NCBI GenBank assembly: GCA_965203805.1
Contig: OZ241917.1
Location: forward strand, 2,240,001-2,304,000
From: Candidatus Latescibacterota bacterium
Lineage (GTDB): Bacteria; Latescibacterota; UBA2968; GCA-2709665
Length of the DNA stretch: 64,000 nucleotides
Reading direction: 5' to 3'
Below, piece after piece: positions 44,229 to 54,648 of the stretch. How positions within the stretch are numbered: the first letter of the stretch is position 1; every line of letters begins with the position of its first letter. The notes beneath the pieces were generated by a model. It saw nothing but the letters and a program-made list of their open reading frames with translations, did not search any database and was not told the DNA's origin. A program made the position numbers and the translations under genes.

Positions 44229-44540
44229 CTACAGTACCCGGTCGTGACCCCACGGATCCTGTTTGACAATCTCGAATTCCTTGACCGGACTTCGTCCGCG
44301 CGGCGGGTCGTGCAGCGTTGACGGATTGTAGGAGGCCCCGGCCAGCTTCAGCAGCGATTCCAGTTGAGGTTGACCCAGAGTGAGTCCTTCAAGGAACATC
44401 TCGTCGCCGTTGATGTCCTTCACGGTTGTTCCGTCCGGCCCCACAAACACCCGGCGCAACGCCCGCAAGCCCGCACGGTGTTCGCGAAAATACGTCAGCG
44501 CGCGGGCGGGGTCTCCGCCGTCGTACCTGAGGTCGGGCAT
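44229..44540 (-). CDS. Hypothetical protein (103 aa)
   Basis: ATG 44540 with a GGAGG RBS; protein-like composition; no family recognised. Confidence 0.6.
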   Translation of the reverse strand: MPDLRYDGGDPARALTYFREHRAGLRALRRVFVGPDGTTVKDINGDEMFLEGLTLGQPQLESLLKLAGASYNPSTLHDPPRGRSPVKEFEIVKQDPWGHDRVL

Positions 44541-44874
44541 CGTTTGCCTCCGCGTTTCATTCGTGCTCATGATCCTGTAGGAGAGACCGCAGATAAGACT
44601 GAAATATGGAGGCCCCCCCGGAATCGGGCAAGCGGATTCAACGACCGCGATCGACAATTCGCCACCTGCCGCCGGCATTCACGTAAAGGAACGGGTCAAA
44701 ACAGCGCTTGCAGACCAGATTCGATTGCGTTATATTTTGCCTGTTCTATTCCAGTCGATTTAGTTTTTCTAATTGAACATATAATCAAAAATGCAACGCG
44801 TCCGATCGTGAATCGGGCCGGCGGACGGCGTCAGGATCCAATGCGCCGTGCGCCCTTTGAAGAGGAGAACCGCT

Positions 44875-46896
44875 ATGGCGGAAAGCGCCAGAATACGAAT
44901 TGACGGGCGGCCGGGTGAAGTTCCGTTTCCGGGTATCCCGGACGTGGGCGACGGGGGCGATGCCGCCATCTGGGTGGAAAAACACATCAGCCAGGGCGCC
45001 TGCGCCTACCCCATCACATCGTCCTCCATTCTGGGCGAAAAATACAGCGCGGTGGTGGCCAATGGCGGAGTCAACCTGTGGGGCGACACCCTGATCTTCA
45101 TAGAGCCCGAGTCCGAGCACAGTTCGGCTTCGGCGGCCGAAGGCTTTTCCGTGGCTGGCGGACGCGTCACCAACTTCACGTCCGGCCAGGGTCTGGTCCT
45201 GATGAAAGAGGTGCTCTACACAATCTCTGGGAAACGCCTGCCCGCGGTCTTCCATATCGGCGCGCGCGCGCTCACTTCACAATCGCTCAACGTCCACGCC
45301 GGCCACGACGACATCATGGCCGTGGCCGACTGCGGCTGGGGCATCGTGTTTGCCCGGAACACCCAGGAAGTCATGGACACAACGCTCATCGCGCGGCGCG
45401 CGGCGGAAGCCTCCCAGACGCCGTTCATGGTTGTGCAGGACGGATTCCTCACAACCCATACGGTCCAGAATGTCATGGCCATCGAGCCCGAACTGATGAA
45501 GCTCTTCGTCGGGCGCCCGGAAGACAAGATTCAGAATCTCATGGACGTCGACAATCCGATGATGAGCGGCGTGGTACAGAACCAGGACAGCTACATGAAG
45601 GGCAAGATCGCCCAGCGGTACTTCTACGATCGCGTGCCCGACGACCTTCGGGAAGCCATGCATGAATTTTACAGGATGACCGGAAGGCGTTATGACATGA
45701 TCGACGGATACCGGCTCGAAGACGCCGAATACGTCATCGTGGGCATGGGCAGTATGCTCGAGACCGCCCTCACGGCCGTCGACTGGTTGCGGGATACAGA
45801 GGACCTGAAAGTCGGCGCCCTTCACGTCACGTCGTTCCGCCCGTTCCCGGGCCTGGAGATCGTGGAAGCCCTGAAGAACGCGAAGGCCATATCCGTTGTG
45901 GAACGCATGGACAACCCCCTCGCGCAGTCCAATCCGCTGACCGCCGAAATCAAGGCCGCATTCGCCGATGCCGCGGGGGGCATGAACGGATATCCGCGAA
46001 TCGAACGTATTCCCCGGATTCTGTCGGGAATGGCCGGCCTGGGAAGCCGCGACGTCCGGCCGGGCGATTTCATTTCCACGGTCCGAAACATGCAGGCGGC
46101 CGCACCCGGACAGAAGGAACTGTTCGTTCTCAATATCGAACACGATCTGGCACTCCAGAGGGAGGCCGATCCCGCCACCCGGGAAATCGGCGCCTTTGCG
46201 ATGCGCGGGCACTCGGTGGGCGGGTACGGGTCCGTGACCACCAATAAAGTCATTGCCACGCTGCTTGCGAACCTGGGGCTTCACGTGCAGGCCTATCCGA
46301 AATACGGATCCGAAAAGAAGGGTCTGCCCACCACCTACTATCTCACCGCGGCCAACGAACACATCCGGACCCACTCCGAACTGGAAGTGGTGGACTTCGT
46401 GCCGCTCAACGACGTCAACGCCTTCAATACCGCCAATCCCCTGGCCGGCGTTGTCGACGGCGGTATGGTCTTCATCCAGAGCCCCCACACCGAAGCCGAA
46501 AGGGTATGGGACAATATACCGGGATGGGCCAAGAAGACGTTCCGCACCAAACAGATCAAACCCCTAGCCCTCGACGCCGTCAAAATCGCCCTGGAAGAAG
46601 CGCCCTCGCCGGACCTGATGCAGCGTTTCCAGGGCATTGTGCTTCTAGGTATCTTCCTGAAACACACGCCCTTTCAGCAAGACCTGGACCTCACGGAAGA
46701 CGAGCTGTTCGTCAACGTCGAAAACGCGGTCAACAAATACTGGGGCAACAAGGGCAAGGGGGTCGTGGACGCCAATATGAGCGCAATCAGGAGAGGGTAC
46801 CAGGAAGTGTTTGAAGTCCCGAGGGAACTGATCGAAAGCACCATCGACCAGGAAACGGACGAACTTCCGGCGGGCCTGGTCTCAATCGGATGTTGA
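44875..46896 (+). CDS. Pyruvate/2-oxoacid:ferredoxin oxidoreductase, fused alpha and gamma domains
   Basis: AYPIT, ESEHS, NFTSGQGL, ARALT, QDGFLTTH, gamma-domain GGYGSVT and YGSEKKG; AGGAG RBS. Confidence 0.9.
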   Translation: MAESARIRIDGRPGEVPFPGIPDVGDGGDAAIWVEKHISQGACAYPITSSSILGEKYSAVVANGGVNLWGDTLIFIEPESEHSSASAAEGFSVAGGRVTNFTSGQGLVLMKEVLYTISGKRLPAVFHIGARALTSQSLNVHAGHDDIMAVADCGWGIVFARNTQEVMDTTLIARRAAEASQTPFMVVQDGFLTTHTVQNVMAIEPELMKLFVGRPEDKIQNLMDVDNPMMSGVVQNQDSYMKGKIAQRYFYDRVPDDLREAMHEFYRMTGRRYDMIDGYRLEDAEYVIVGMGSMLETALTAVDWLRDTEDLKVGALHVTSFRPFPGLEIVEALKNAKAISVVERMDNPLAQSNPLTAEIKAAFADAAGGMNGYPRIERIPRILSGMAGLGSRDVRPGDFISTVRNMQAAAPGQKELFVLNIEHDLALQREADPATREIGAFAMRGHSVGGYGSVTTNKVIATLLANLGLHVQAYPKYGSEKKGLPTTYYLTAANEHIRTHSELEVVDFVPLNDVNAFNTANPLAGVVDGGMVFIQSPHTEAERVWDNIPGWAKKTFRTKQIKPLALDAVKIALEEAPSPDLMQRFQGIVLLGIFLKHTPFQQDLDLTEDELFVNVENAVNKYWGNKGKGVVDANMSAIRRGYQEVFEVPRELIESTIDQETDELPAGLVSIGC

Positions 46897-47028
46897 CCCG
46901 CGGTTCCGATTTCACCAACAGCGCAGTGCCTTCCGATATCGCGTTTCAGGTGCGCATTGTCGTCACGTTCCAAACCCGCAACGATCAAGCCCAATCCGAA
47001 CGTTCAAGCCGAATGGGAGTAAAAAACC

Positions 47029-48672
47029 ATGTCGACCAACGGCAAAAACGAACCCGCCACCATGCTCAGCGTCAGCTCCCTGGAGGATATGGACGAAGAA
47101 CCGGTATCCTCTTCGCCTCTCAACCTGCATACCCTGCTGGATATCGAAGACTTCAACGGGAGGGTCGTGGCGGGGTACAATACAGGCATTGCCGAACAGG
47201 GCCTGCCCGCAGACGTAGGCGTAGCCCGCAGCCTGGTGGGTCCGGGTACCGGCGCCCTTCGCGACTTCAGCTACATCGCCCCCGAGATCCCGGAGTTCAT
47301 CCAGGAAAACTGCGTCGGCTGCATGGACTGCGTTACGGAATGCCCGGATACGGCCATACTCGGCAAAATCACCACCCGTGAGGAACTGGATGCCGCACTG
47401 GCCAAGACCACCGATCCGGAAACGAGAGAATTCCTTCGCAACCAGTTTTCCGAGACCTCGAAGTACTACAAGAACTTCGAGAAAAAAGGAAAAGACGGCG
47501 CTTATTTCGGCATCTTCATAGACCCCACCAAGTGCAAGGGCTGCGCCGAGTGCGTCGAGGTCTGTGCAGATAAAGACGCCCTGAAAATGGTCACCAAGAC
47601 GGAAGAAAACCTGGAGGAATTCCGCGCCGCCTGGGACTTCCACAACGAACTGCCTGAATCTCCGAGCGAATATATCCTCGAAAAATCCGTTCAGGACATG
47701 ATGCTGGCCGAACGATCTCTCCTCTACGTGGGCGGCGCCGGGTCCTGTATGGGCTGCGGAGAAGCCACGGCCCTTCGAATGATGCTGGCATCCACGGGTT
47801 ATCTTCACGGGCCCGAAAACATCGGCCTCGTCGCATCCACCGGCTGCAACACCGTCTACACCTCCACCTATCCATACAACCCCTACACGGTGCCCTGGAC
47901 CAACTCCCTCTTCGAAAACGGGCCCACCGATGCCATGGGCGTGCGTGCCCGCTGGAATCAGATGGGCTGGCAGGATAAGAAGATCTGGGTTATAGGCGGA
48001 GACGGGGCCATGCTCGATATCGGATTCCAGGCGCTCTCGCGGATGCTCATGTCAGGCATGAACATCAACGTTCTGGTCCTGGATACCCAGGTCTACTCCA
48101 ATACCGGCGGACAGGCCTCCACCTCGAGCTACATGGGTCAGAACACCAAAATGTCCGTCCACGGTTCCGCCGTTCCCGGAAAAACCGAACGCCGGAAGGA
48201 ACTCGGCCAGATCTGCATGATGCATCCGGACACCTTCGTGGCACAGACCATATGCAGCCTGCAGAACCACTTTTACCGCGCAATCGCCGCGGCCAATGAA
48301 TTCGACGGCCCGGCCGTAATCAATGTCTTCACCACGTGCCAGCCCGAACACGGTGTGGGAGACCACCTGGCCGGACATCAGGCCAAACTCGCAATGGAGT
48401 CGCGGGCATTCCCCATTTTCATCTATGATCCACGCAAGGGTGAACGCATCAAGGAACGGCTGGATCTCCGGGGAAACCCGGCCGTCAAGGAAGACTGGTA
48501 TACCATCCGCAAAACCGGTGAAACCATCGACTTCGTCACATTCGCCCGGACCGAGGGGCGTTTCGCCAAGCACTTCGACAGAGACGGAAACCCTTCGGAA
48601 ACCCTGTTGGCCGCCCAGGAAGACCGCCGGCAGAACTGGCGCATGCTCCAGGAGATGGCCGGCATCATCTGA
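47029..48672 (+). CDS. Pyruvate/2-oxoacid:ferredoxin oxidoreductase, 2x[4Fe-4S] ferredoxin domain plus TPP-binding beta domain
   Basis: CVGCMDCVTECP, CKGCAECVEVC, GSCMGCGE, TGC and GGDGAMLDIG...YSNTGGQ TPP motif. Confidence 0.92.
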   Translation: MSTNGKNEPATMLSVSSLEDMDEEPVSSSPLNLHTLLDIEDFNGRVVAGYNTGIAEQGLPADVGVARSLVGPGTGALRDFSYIAPEIPEFIQENCVGCMDCVTECPDTAILGKITTREELDAALAKTTDPETREFLRNQFSETSKYYKNFEKKGKDGAYFGIFIDPTKCKGCAECVEVCADKDALKMVTKTEENLEEFRAAWDFHNELPESPSEYILEKSVQDMMLAERSLLYVGGAGSCMGCGEATALRMMLASTGYLHGPENIGLVASTGCNTVYTSTYPYNPYTVPWTNSLFENGPTDAMGVRARWNQMGWQDKKIWVIGGDGAMLDIGFQALSRMLMSGMNINVLVLDTQVYSNTGGQASTSSYMGQNTKMSVHGSAVPGKTERRKELGQICMMHPDTFVAQTICSLQNHFYRAIAAANEFDGPAVINVFTTCQPEHGVGDHLAGHQAKLAMESRAFPIFIYDPRKGERIKERLDLRGNPAVKEDWYTIRKTGETIDFVTFARTEGRFAKHFDRDGNPSETLLAAQEDRRQNWRMLQEMAGII

Positions 48673-48707
48673 AAAACGCAGCAGACATCGCCATGGACCG
48701 TCACACG

Positions 48708-48743
48708 AAAAGCCTCAGGAGGAGCGCCTCCCGGGGCTTTTTT
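48708..48743 (+). terminator. Intrinsic terminator after the oxidoreductase genes
   Basis: AAAAGCCTCAGGAGG-AGCG-CCTCCCGGGGCTTTTTT. Confidence 0.82.
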
Positions 48744-48795
48744 CATTATTGGTCCCGCTCAGACCGCGCGAAACAGTCCGTTGAGGGCAACAAAT

Positions 48796-48824
48796 TTGAC
48801 TTTTCGGACGTCTACCGGTAAATT
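48796..48824 (+). promoter_or_regulatory. Sigma70-type promoter of the aceEF-lpdA operon
   Basis: TTGACT-N17-TAAATT. Confidence 0.6.
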
Positions 48825-48936
48825 CAGGAGCCGATCCTGATGGAGGCCAGTCGTCACTGTGCGCCTCTAACCGCCGCTTTTCGCTCGTGCTCGGGAACTC
48901 ATCAGAAATTTGAAACAGCTTCCAGCGAGGCCGTTA

Positions 48937-51642
48937 ATGTCAGACAAAGTCGTCCGAATCCCCTCCCGAGACGTCGACCCCGCCGAAACCCGGGACTGGA
49001 TCGAATCCCTCGACTACGCCCTGGAAAACTACGGTCCCGACAGGGTGCGCTTCCTTTTCAAGAAAATCGAAGAGTGGGCGCACCGCGCCGACGTGGTCAT
49101 CCCCTTCAGCGCAAATACGCCCTACATCAACACCATTCCGGTGGATCAGCAGCACCCGTATCCCGGAAACCGGGAAATCGAACGCCGCATCAAGAGTATC
49201 ATTCGCTGGAACGCCATGGCAATGGTGGTCCGCGCCAACCGCGAATACGACGGCATTGGCGGCCACATATCCACCTACGCATCCGCGGCCACACTGCTCG
49301 AGGTGGGGTTCGACCACTTCTTTCACGGACGCGGAAACGGCTTCGTTGGCGACCAGGTTTATTTCCAGGGGCATGCCGCGCCGGGCGTCTACGCACGGGC
49401 CTTCCTCGAAGGACGGATCGACGAGCACGCCCTTGAGAATTTCCGCAGGGACCTCCGGCGCCCCGGGGGTCTGTCCTCCTACCCGCATCCCTGGCTGATG
49501 CCGGACTTCTGGGAATACCCCACGGTGTCCATGGGCCTGGCGCCCATAATGGGCATCTATCACGCGCGGTTCAACCGATACCTGGAAGACCGGGGCCTCA
49601 AAGATACTTCCGGTTCCCACGTGTGGGTCTTTATGGGCGACGGTGAGACCGACGAGCCTGAGTCTCTCGGCGCAATCACCCTGGCCTCCAGGGAAAAGCT
49701 TGACAACCTCATCTTCGTGATCAATTGCAACCTGCAGCGGCTGGACGGCCCCGTACGCGGCAACGGCAAGGTCATTCAGGAATTGGAAGCCGCGTTCCGC
49801 GGGGCCGGCTGGAACGTCATCAAAGTGATCTGGGGCGACGACTGGGACCCGTTGCTTGCCAGGGACGATGACGGCATTCTCGCCCAGCGCATGAACGAAG
49901 TAGTGGACGGCCAATACCAGAAGTATACGGTAGAATCGGGCGACTACATCCGTCGGGATTTCTTCGGCACACACCCGAAGCTGCTGGGCATGGTGGACCA
50001 CCTTTCCGACGAACAGCTTCAGAGAATGCGCCGGGGCGGGCACGACCCGGAAAAGGTCTACGCCGCCTACAGGTCGGCCGTGGAGCACAAGGGTTCGCCC
50101 ACCGTCATCCTGGCGAAGACAATCAAGGGCTACGGCGTCGGCGAGTCCGGTGAAGGCCGGAACGTCTCTCACCAGCAGAAGAAACTGAACGAAGACGAAC
50201 TGCGGGAATTCCGGTCTCGCTTCGGGATTCCGATTTCGGACGACGAGGTCGCCGCCGCGCCATTTTACAGGCCTCCCGAAAACAGTCCGGAAATCGAATA
50301 TACGAAGCAACGCCGGGAGGAACTGGGCGGTTATCTCCCGAGCCGGCAGGTCGATACGGAGCCTCTCGCCGTTCCCTCGCTGGGCCTGTTCGACGAATTC
50401 CTGAAGGGAACGCAGGGCCGCCAGGCCTCCACGACGATGGCCTTCGTCCGGATGTTCTCAAAGCTCCTGCGCGATCAGGACATCGGCAAACTCATCGTGC
50501 CCATTATCCCGGACGAAGCCCGCACGTTCGGCATGGAGCCGCTCTTTCGACAATGCGGAATCTACTCCCGCGTGGGACAGCTTTACGAGCCCGTAGACGC
50601 CGACAGGCTTCTGTATTACCGGGAAGTCCGGGAGGGTCAGATCCTGGAAGAAGGCATCAACGAAGCCGGTTCCATGTGCTCCTTCATTGCCGCGGGCACC
50701 GCCTATGCCACCTGCGGCGTGAACACCATCCCGTTCTTCATCTACTATTCCATGTTCGGGTTTCAGCGCATCGGCGACCTGATCTGGGCTGCCGCGGATA
50801 TGCGGTGCAAGGGTTTCCTGCTGGGGGGCACGGCCGGCCGTACCACGCTGAACGGCGAAGGCCTGCAACACCAGGACGGACACAGCCACGTGCTGGCCAG
50901 CACCGTACCCAACCTGCTCACCTACGATCCGGCATTCGCTTACGAAATCGCGGTCATCGTTCATGACGGGATACGGCGAATGTACGGCGAGCAGGAAGAC
51001 ATTTTCTATTACCTGACGCTCGGAAACGAACCGTACGATATGCCGGCCATGCCCCGGGGCGCCGAGGAAGGCATCATCAAAGGCATCTACAGACTCGAGC
51101 CGGACGCCCTGGAAGACGCAACGCATCACGTTCAGCTCTTCGGCAGCGGCGCCATCCTGAGGGAAGCGCTTCGCGCCCGGGAAATCCTGGCGGAAAAATA
51201 CGGTATCTCCGCGCAGGTCTGGAGCGTCACCAGCTACAAGGAGCTTCGTAAAGACGCCCTTGAGACCGAACGCTGGAACCGGCTGCACCCTTCCGAGCCC
51301 GCACGCAAACCCTACATCGCCAGCGTACTCGAAAACACACGGGGCCCGGTCGTGGCCGCGTCCGACTATATGAAAATCCTGCCCGACATGATCCGTCCCT
51401 GGGTGCCACAGGACCTGATCGCCCTGGGTACCGACGGCTTCGGAAGAAGCGATACCCGCGAGGCCCTTCGCCGGCATTTTGAAGTCGATGCAGAATCCAT
51501 CGTCGTTGCCGCGCTCCACGCCCTCTCGATAAGGGGCGGGATCGGACGAGACCGGGTTGCCGGCGCGATCGAGGATCTCGGCGTCGACCCCGAAAAAGCC
51601 AATCCGGTCGCGGCCGGTCCGACGTTGAGTTACGGAAATTAG
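48937..51642 (+). CDS. aceE: Pyruvate dehydrogenase E1, homodimeric type
   Basis: DVDPAETRDWIESL, GGHISTYAS, LSSYPHPWLMPDFW, GDGETDEPES, NCNLQRLDGPV, GEGLQHQDGHS and LGTDGFGRSD. Confidence 0.96.
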   Translation: MSDKVVRIPSRDVDPAETRDWIESLDYALENYGPDRVRFLFKKIEEWAHRADVVIPFSANTPYINTIPVDQQHPYPGNREIERRIKSIIRWNAMAMVVRANREYDGIGGHISTYASAATLLEVGFDHFFHGRGNGFVGDQVYFQGHAAPGVYARAFLEGRIDEHALENFRRDLRRPGGLSSYPHPWLMPDFWEYPTVSMGLAPIMGIYHARFNRYLEDRGLKDTSGSHVWVFMGDGETDEPESLGAITLASREKLDNLIFVINCNLQRLDGPVRGNGKVIQELEAAFRGAGWNVIKVIWGDDWDPLLARDDDGILAQRMNEVVDGQYQKYTVESGDYIRRDFFGTHPKLLGMVDHLSDEQLQRMRRGGHDPEKVYAAYRSAVEHKGSPTVILAKTIKGYGVGESGEGRNVSHQQKKLNEDELREFRSRFGIPISDDEVAAAPFYRPPENSPEIEYTKQRREELGGYLPSRQVDTEPLAVPSLGLFDEFLKGTQGRQASTTMAFVRMFSKLLRDQDIGKLIVPIIPDEARTFGMEPLFRQCGIYSRVGQLYEPVDADRLLYYREVREGQILEEGINEAGSMCSFIAAGTAYATCGVNTIPFFIYYSMFGFQRIGDLIWAAADMRCKGFLLGGTAGRTTLNGEGLQHQDGHSHVLASTVPNLLTYDPAFAYEIAVIVHDGIRRMYGEQEDIFYYLTLGNEPYDMPAMPRGAEEGIIKGIYRLEPDALEDATHHVQLFGSGAILREALRAREILAEKYGISAQVWSVTSYKELRKDALETERWNRLHPSEPARKPYIASVLENTRGPVVAASDYMKILPDMIRPWVPQDLIALGTDGFGRSDTREALRRHFEVDAESIVVAALHALSIRGGIGRDRVAGAIEDLGVDPEKANPVAAGPTLSYGN

Positions 51643-51684
51643 TGTCACGCCGGCTGCGTCTGTGGCGCCTGAAAAGGAGGAACC

Positions 51685-52977
51685 GTGGCTGAGGAATTCA
51701 GACTTCCGGACCTGGGCGAAGGCATCGACCAGGGCGACGTGGTGCGTGTCCTCGTCTCGCAAGGAGATGCGATCGCGGTGGATCAGCCCGTGATCGAACT
51801 TGAGACCGACAAGGCGCTGGTTGAAGTCCCGTCTTCAGTCGCCGGAACGGTTGCTTCGGTCAACGTCGGGAACGGCGACAGCATCTCGCCCGGAACCGTG
51901 CTCATTACCGTGGAAGCGGCGCAGGCGGCGACAGCTGGCGAATCAGCCCGGGAATCCCGCGCCGTGGACCGGCAAGCCCAGCCGTCACCCTCGGATAGGC
52001 GGGAGGTCGTACAGCAACCGCCAGGCCCGGCGAACGCGGACACGGTCGAAGAATCGAGCGGAGCAACGGCAACCGCGCAGGTCACCGTTCCGGCCGCGCC
52101 ATCCGTACGACGATTCGCGCGCGAACTCGGCGTCGATCTGCGGCGGGTTCCCGGCAGCGGCGCCGGGGGGCGGATTACCCGCGACGACGTAAAGAACTAC
52201 GTGCAGACTTCGCTGAACGAAGCGGCGACGGCCGGGCCCGTCGTCGCGCCCGACCTGCCTGACTTCACCCGATGGGGCCATGTCGAGCGCCAGTCCCTGC
52301 CAGGGGTGCGCAGAGCCATTGCGCAGAACGTCGGCACAGCCTGGGCGCAGGTCCCGCACGTCACGCAGTTCGACCGGGCCGACGTGACGGACCTGGAGGC
52401 GCTCCGGCAGCGGCACAAGGCCGGCACGGAAGCCCGCGGCGGAAAGCTCACGCTCACTGCATTCGTGCTTAAAGCCGTCGTCAACGCGCTGAGAGCCTTT
52501 CCGCAGTTCAATGCCAGTCTGGACATGGCCGCGGGTCAGCTCATCCTCAAGCACTACTACCACATCGGCGTGGCCGTCGATACCGAGAGGGGCCTGCTCG
52601 TGCCGGTGATGCGCGACGTCGACAGGAAGGACATATTCGAACTCGCCATTCAACTGGACGACCTCGCAAGCCGTACGCGGGAGGGCAGGGCCGACCTCGA
52701 AGAACTCCAGGGCGGGACATTTACCGTCACCAACCTGGGCAGCATTGGCGGCACTGCCTTCACGCCCATCGTCAACTTTCCGGAAGTCGCCATACTCGGC
52801 ATGGGGCGGTCCCGACCAGAACCCGTCGTGAACGACGGGCGCATCGAATCCCGCCTCATCATGCCAATATGCCTTTCCTACGACCACCGCGTGGTCGATG
52901 GCGCCGACGGCGCGCGACTCACCAGACATCTGGTTACGTCTCTCGAAGACCCGGAACGCATGCTCCTCGGCGGATAA
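51685..52977 (+). CDS. aceF: Dihydrolipoamide acetyltransferase (E2) with a single lipoyl domain
   Basis: Lipoyl motif ETDKA, E3-binding PSVRRFARELG...GSGAGGRI and catalytic DHRVVDGA. Confidence 0.93.
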   Translation: MAEEFRLPDLGEGIDQGDVVRVLVSQGDAIAVDQPVIELETDKALVEVPSSVAGTVASVNVGNGDSISPGTVLITVEAAQAATAGESARESRAVDRQAQPSPSDRREVVQQPPGPANADTVEESSGATATAQVTVPAAPSVRRFARELGVDLRRVPGSGAGGRITRDDVKNYVQTSLNEAATAGPVVAPDLPDFTRWGHVERQSLPGVRRAIAQNVGTAWAQVPHVTQFDRADVTDLEALRQRHKAGTEARGGKLTLTAFVLKAVVNALRAFPQFNASLDMAAGQLILKHYYHIGVAVDTERGLLVPVMRDVDRKDIFELAIQLDDLASRTREGRADLEELQGGTFTVTNLGSIGGTAFTPIVNFPEVAILGMGRSRPEPVVNDGRIESRLIMPICLSYDHRVVDGADGARLTRHLVTSLEDPERMLLGG

Positions 52978-53040
52978 CCGGCATTTCAAGACCCGACGGC
53001 CCCAAGCTGGGCCCGCCTTGAACACTCGACCGGAGCGACC

Positions 53041-54459
53041 ATGCCGGAAGACACCCACAGAACCGACCTCCTCGTCATCGGCGGCGGGCCCGGCGGCTAC
53101 GCGGCCGCTTTCAGGTCGGCGGACCTCGGCGTCCCCGTCACCCTGGTGGAGGCCGACGAGCGCCTCGGGGGCACCTGCCTGCTCCGGGGTTGCATCCCGT
53201 CCAAAGCGCTGCTTCACGTCGCGAGTCTGATTTCGGAATCGCGTGAAGCCGCGGCGTGCGGGCTGACGTTTGCCGAACCGGAAATCGATCTGGACAAGAT
53301 GAGGAAGTGGAAAGACGGAATCCTCGCCAAGCTCTCACGCGGCCTCGATGCCCTTTGCAAACGTCGAAAAGTAACGCGGGTTCGAGGCCGCGCCGCCTTC
53401 GAGTCTTCCAGCCGGATCCGCATTTCGGGGAATGACGACGTCTCTCATATTGACTTCGTCCATGCCATCGTGGCCACGGGGTCCCGACCCGCGGTGCCTC
53501 CGGTCTTCGCCATTAACAGTTCGAAGATCCTGGATTCGGACAGGGCGCTGGAACTGGATCACATTCCGGATCGTCTGCTGGCCGTCGGCGGCGGCATCAT
53601 CGGTCTGGAGCTGAGCACCGTCTACGCACAACTCGGAAGCCGGGTGACGCTGGTCGAAATCACGGGCGGCCTCCTGCCGGGTGTGGACCGGGACCTGGTC
53701 AAACCCCTGCAAAAACGCCTCCAGGGCGTGTTCGACGGCATCCATTGCAACACCGCCGTGGCCGACCTGGAAGAAGACGGCGGCGGCGTAACCGCGAGCT
53801 TCGACGGGGATTACCGGGACGGCCCACGGTCCTTCGACAACATTCTGGTCTCGGCCGGCCGGGTCCCCAACACCGAAAACCTGGGCCTGGAGCATACCCG
53901 GGTAGGGCTCTCGGATGCCGGCTTCATTGTGGTCGACGATCGTCTGCGAACGGCCGACCGCCGTATCTTTGCGCTTGGTGACGTGGTCGACGGCCCCGGT
54001 CTCGCCCACAAGGCCGCCCACCAGGGGAAGGTTGCCGCAGAAGTCATCGCGGGGCAACCCGCGGCGTTTGACAGCGTCGTCCCCTCGGTTGTCTACACGG
54101 ACCCCGAAATCGCCTGGTGCGGGCTGACCGAAACCCTGGCGCGGGAGCAGGACCGGCCCGTCAAAATCGCCCGCTATCCCTGGGCCGCTTCGGGCCGTGC
54201 CGCCACGCTGGGCCGTACCGAGGGTCTCACGAAACTGATATTCGACCCTGAGACCCGACGAATCCTGGGGGCGGGGATCGTCGGCCCCAACGCGGGCGAG
54301 CTTATCGCGGAAGCCGTTCTTGGCATCGAAATGGCCGCTGTCGCCGACGACCTGTCACACACGATCCACCCCCATCCCTCCCTTTCCGAATCCCTGGGCA
54401 TCGCCGCCGAGATCCATCTGGGCACCGCGACCGACCTCTACGTCCCCAGAAAGAGGTAG
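53041..54459 (+). CDS. lpdA: Dihydrolipoamide dehydrogenase (E3)
   Basis: GGGPGGY, GGTCLLRGCIPSK, LAHKA and HPHPSLSE. Confidence 0.95.
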   Translation: MPEDTHRTDLLVIGGGPGGYAAAFRSADLGVPVTLVEADERLGGTCLLRGCIPSKALLHVASLISESREAAACGLTFAEPEIDLDKMRKWKDGILAKLSRGLDALCKRRKVTRVRGRAAFESSSRIRISGNDDVSHIDFVHAIVATGSRPAVPPVFAINSSKILDSDRALELDHIPDRLLAVGGGIIGLELSTVYAQLGSRVTLVEITGGLLPGVDRDLVKPLQKRLQGVFDGIHCNTAVADLEEDGGGVTASFDGDYRDGPRSFDNILVSAGRVPNTENLGLEHTRVGLSDAGFIVVDDRLRTADRRIFALGDVVDGPGLAHKAAHQGKVAAEVIAGQPAAFDSVVPSVVYTDPEIAWCGLTETLAREQDRPVKIARYPWAASGRAATLGRTEGLTKLIFDPETRRILGAGIVGPNAGELIAEAVLGIEMAAVADDLSHTIHPHPSLSESLGIAAEIHLGTATDLYVPRKR

Positions 54460-54597
54460 CCGTCTTCACTCCCCTTGAACGCTCCTCTTGACCCTGTCTC
54501 ATGGGTCTCGCACTCTCACTCTGATCTTGATTCCGACGCTCAGAGCCGCGCACACAGTGCTTGAGGCGATTCAACGCTTCGACCCACAGAAATCATA

Positions 54598-54635
54598 TTG
54601 GCAAATGTCAGATTATATGATATATTTCTGACATT
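54598..54635 (+). promoter_or_regulatory. AbiE-type TA promoter with an overlapping inverted-repeat operator
   Basis: TTGGCA-N17-TATATT, with AATGTCAGA (54604-54612) and TCTGACATT (54627-54635) as an inverted repeat. Confidence 0.7.
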
Positions 54636-54648
54636 CAAGAGGTGGATC

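Noticed and set aside
46888-47028. GC-TGA end of the first oxidoreductase gene as a Sec or readthrough fusion to the second (same frame)
   Set aside because: A TAA at 47020-47022 intervenes, the spacer translation is not PFOR-like, and the second gene has its own GGAG RBS.
12105-53217. Many long antisense or alternate-frame ORFs (e.g. 12105..13568, 21104..22729, 37623..39107, 40133..41761, 48940..50310, 51985..53217)
   Set aside because: They are shadows of well-supported genes, expected in high-GC DNA, and carry no family motifs.
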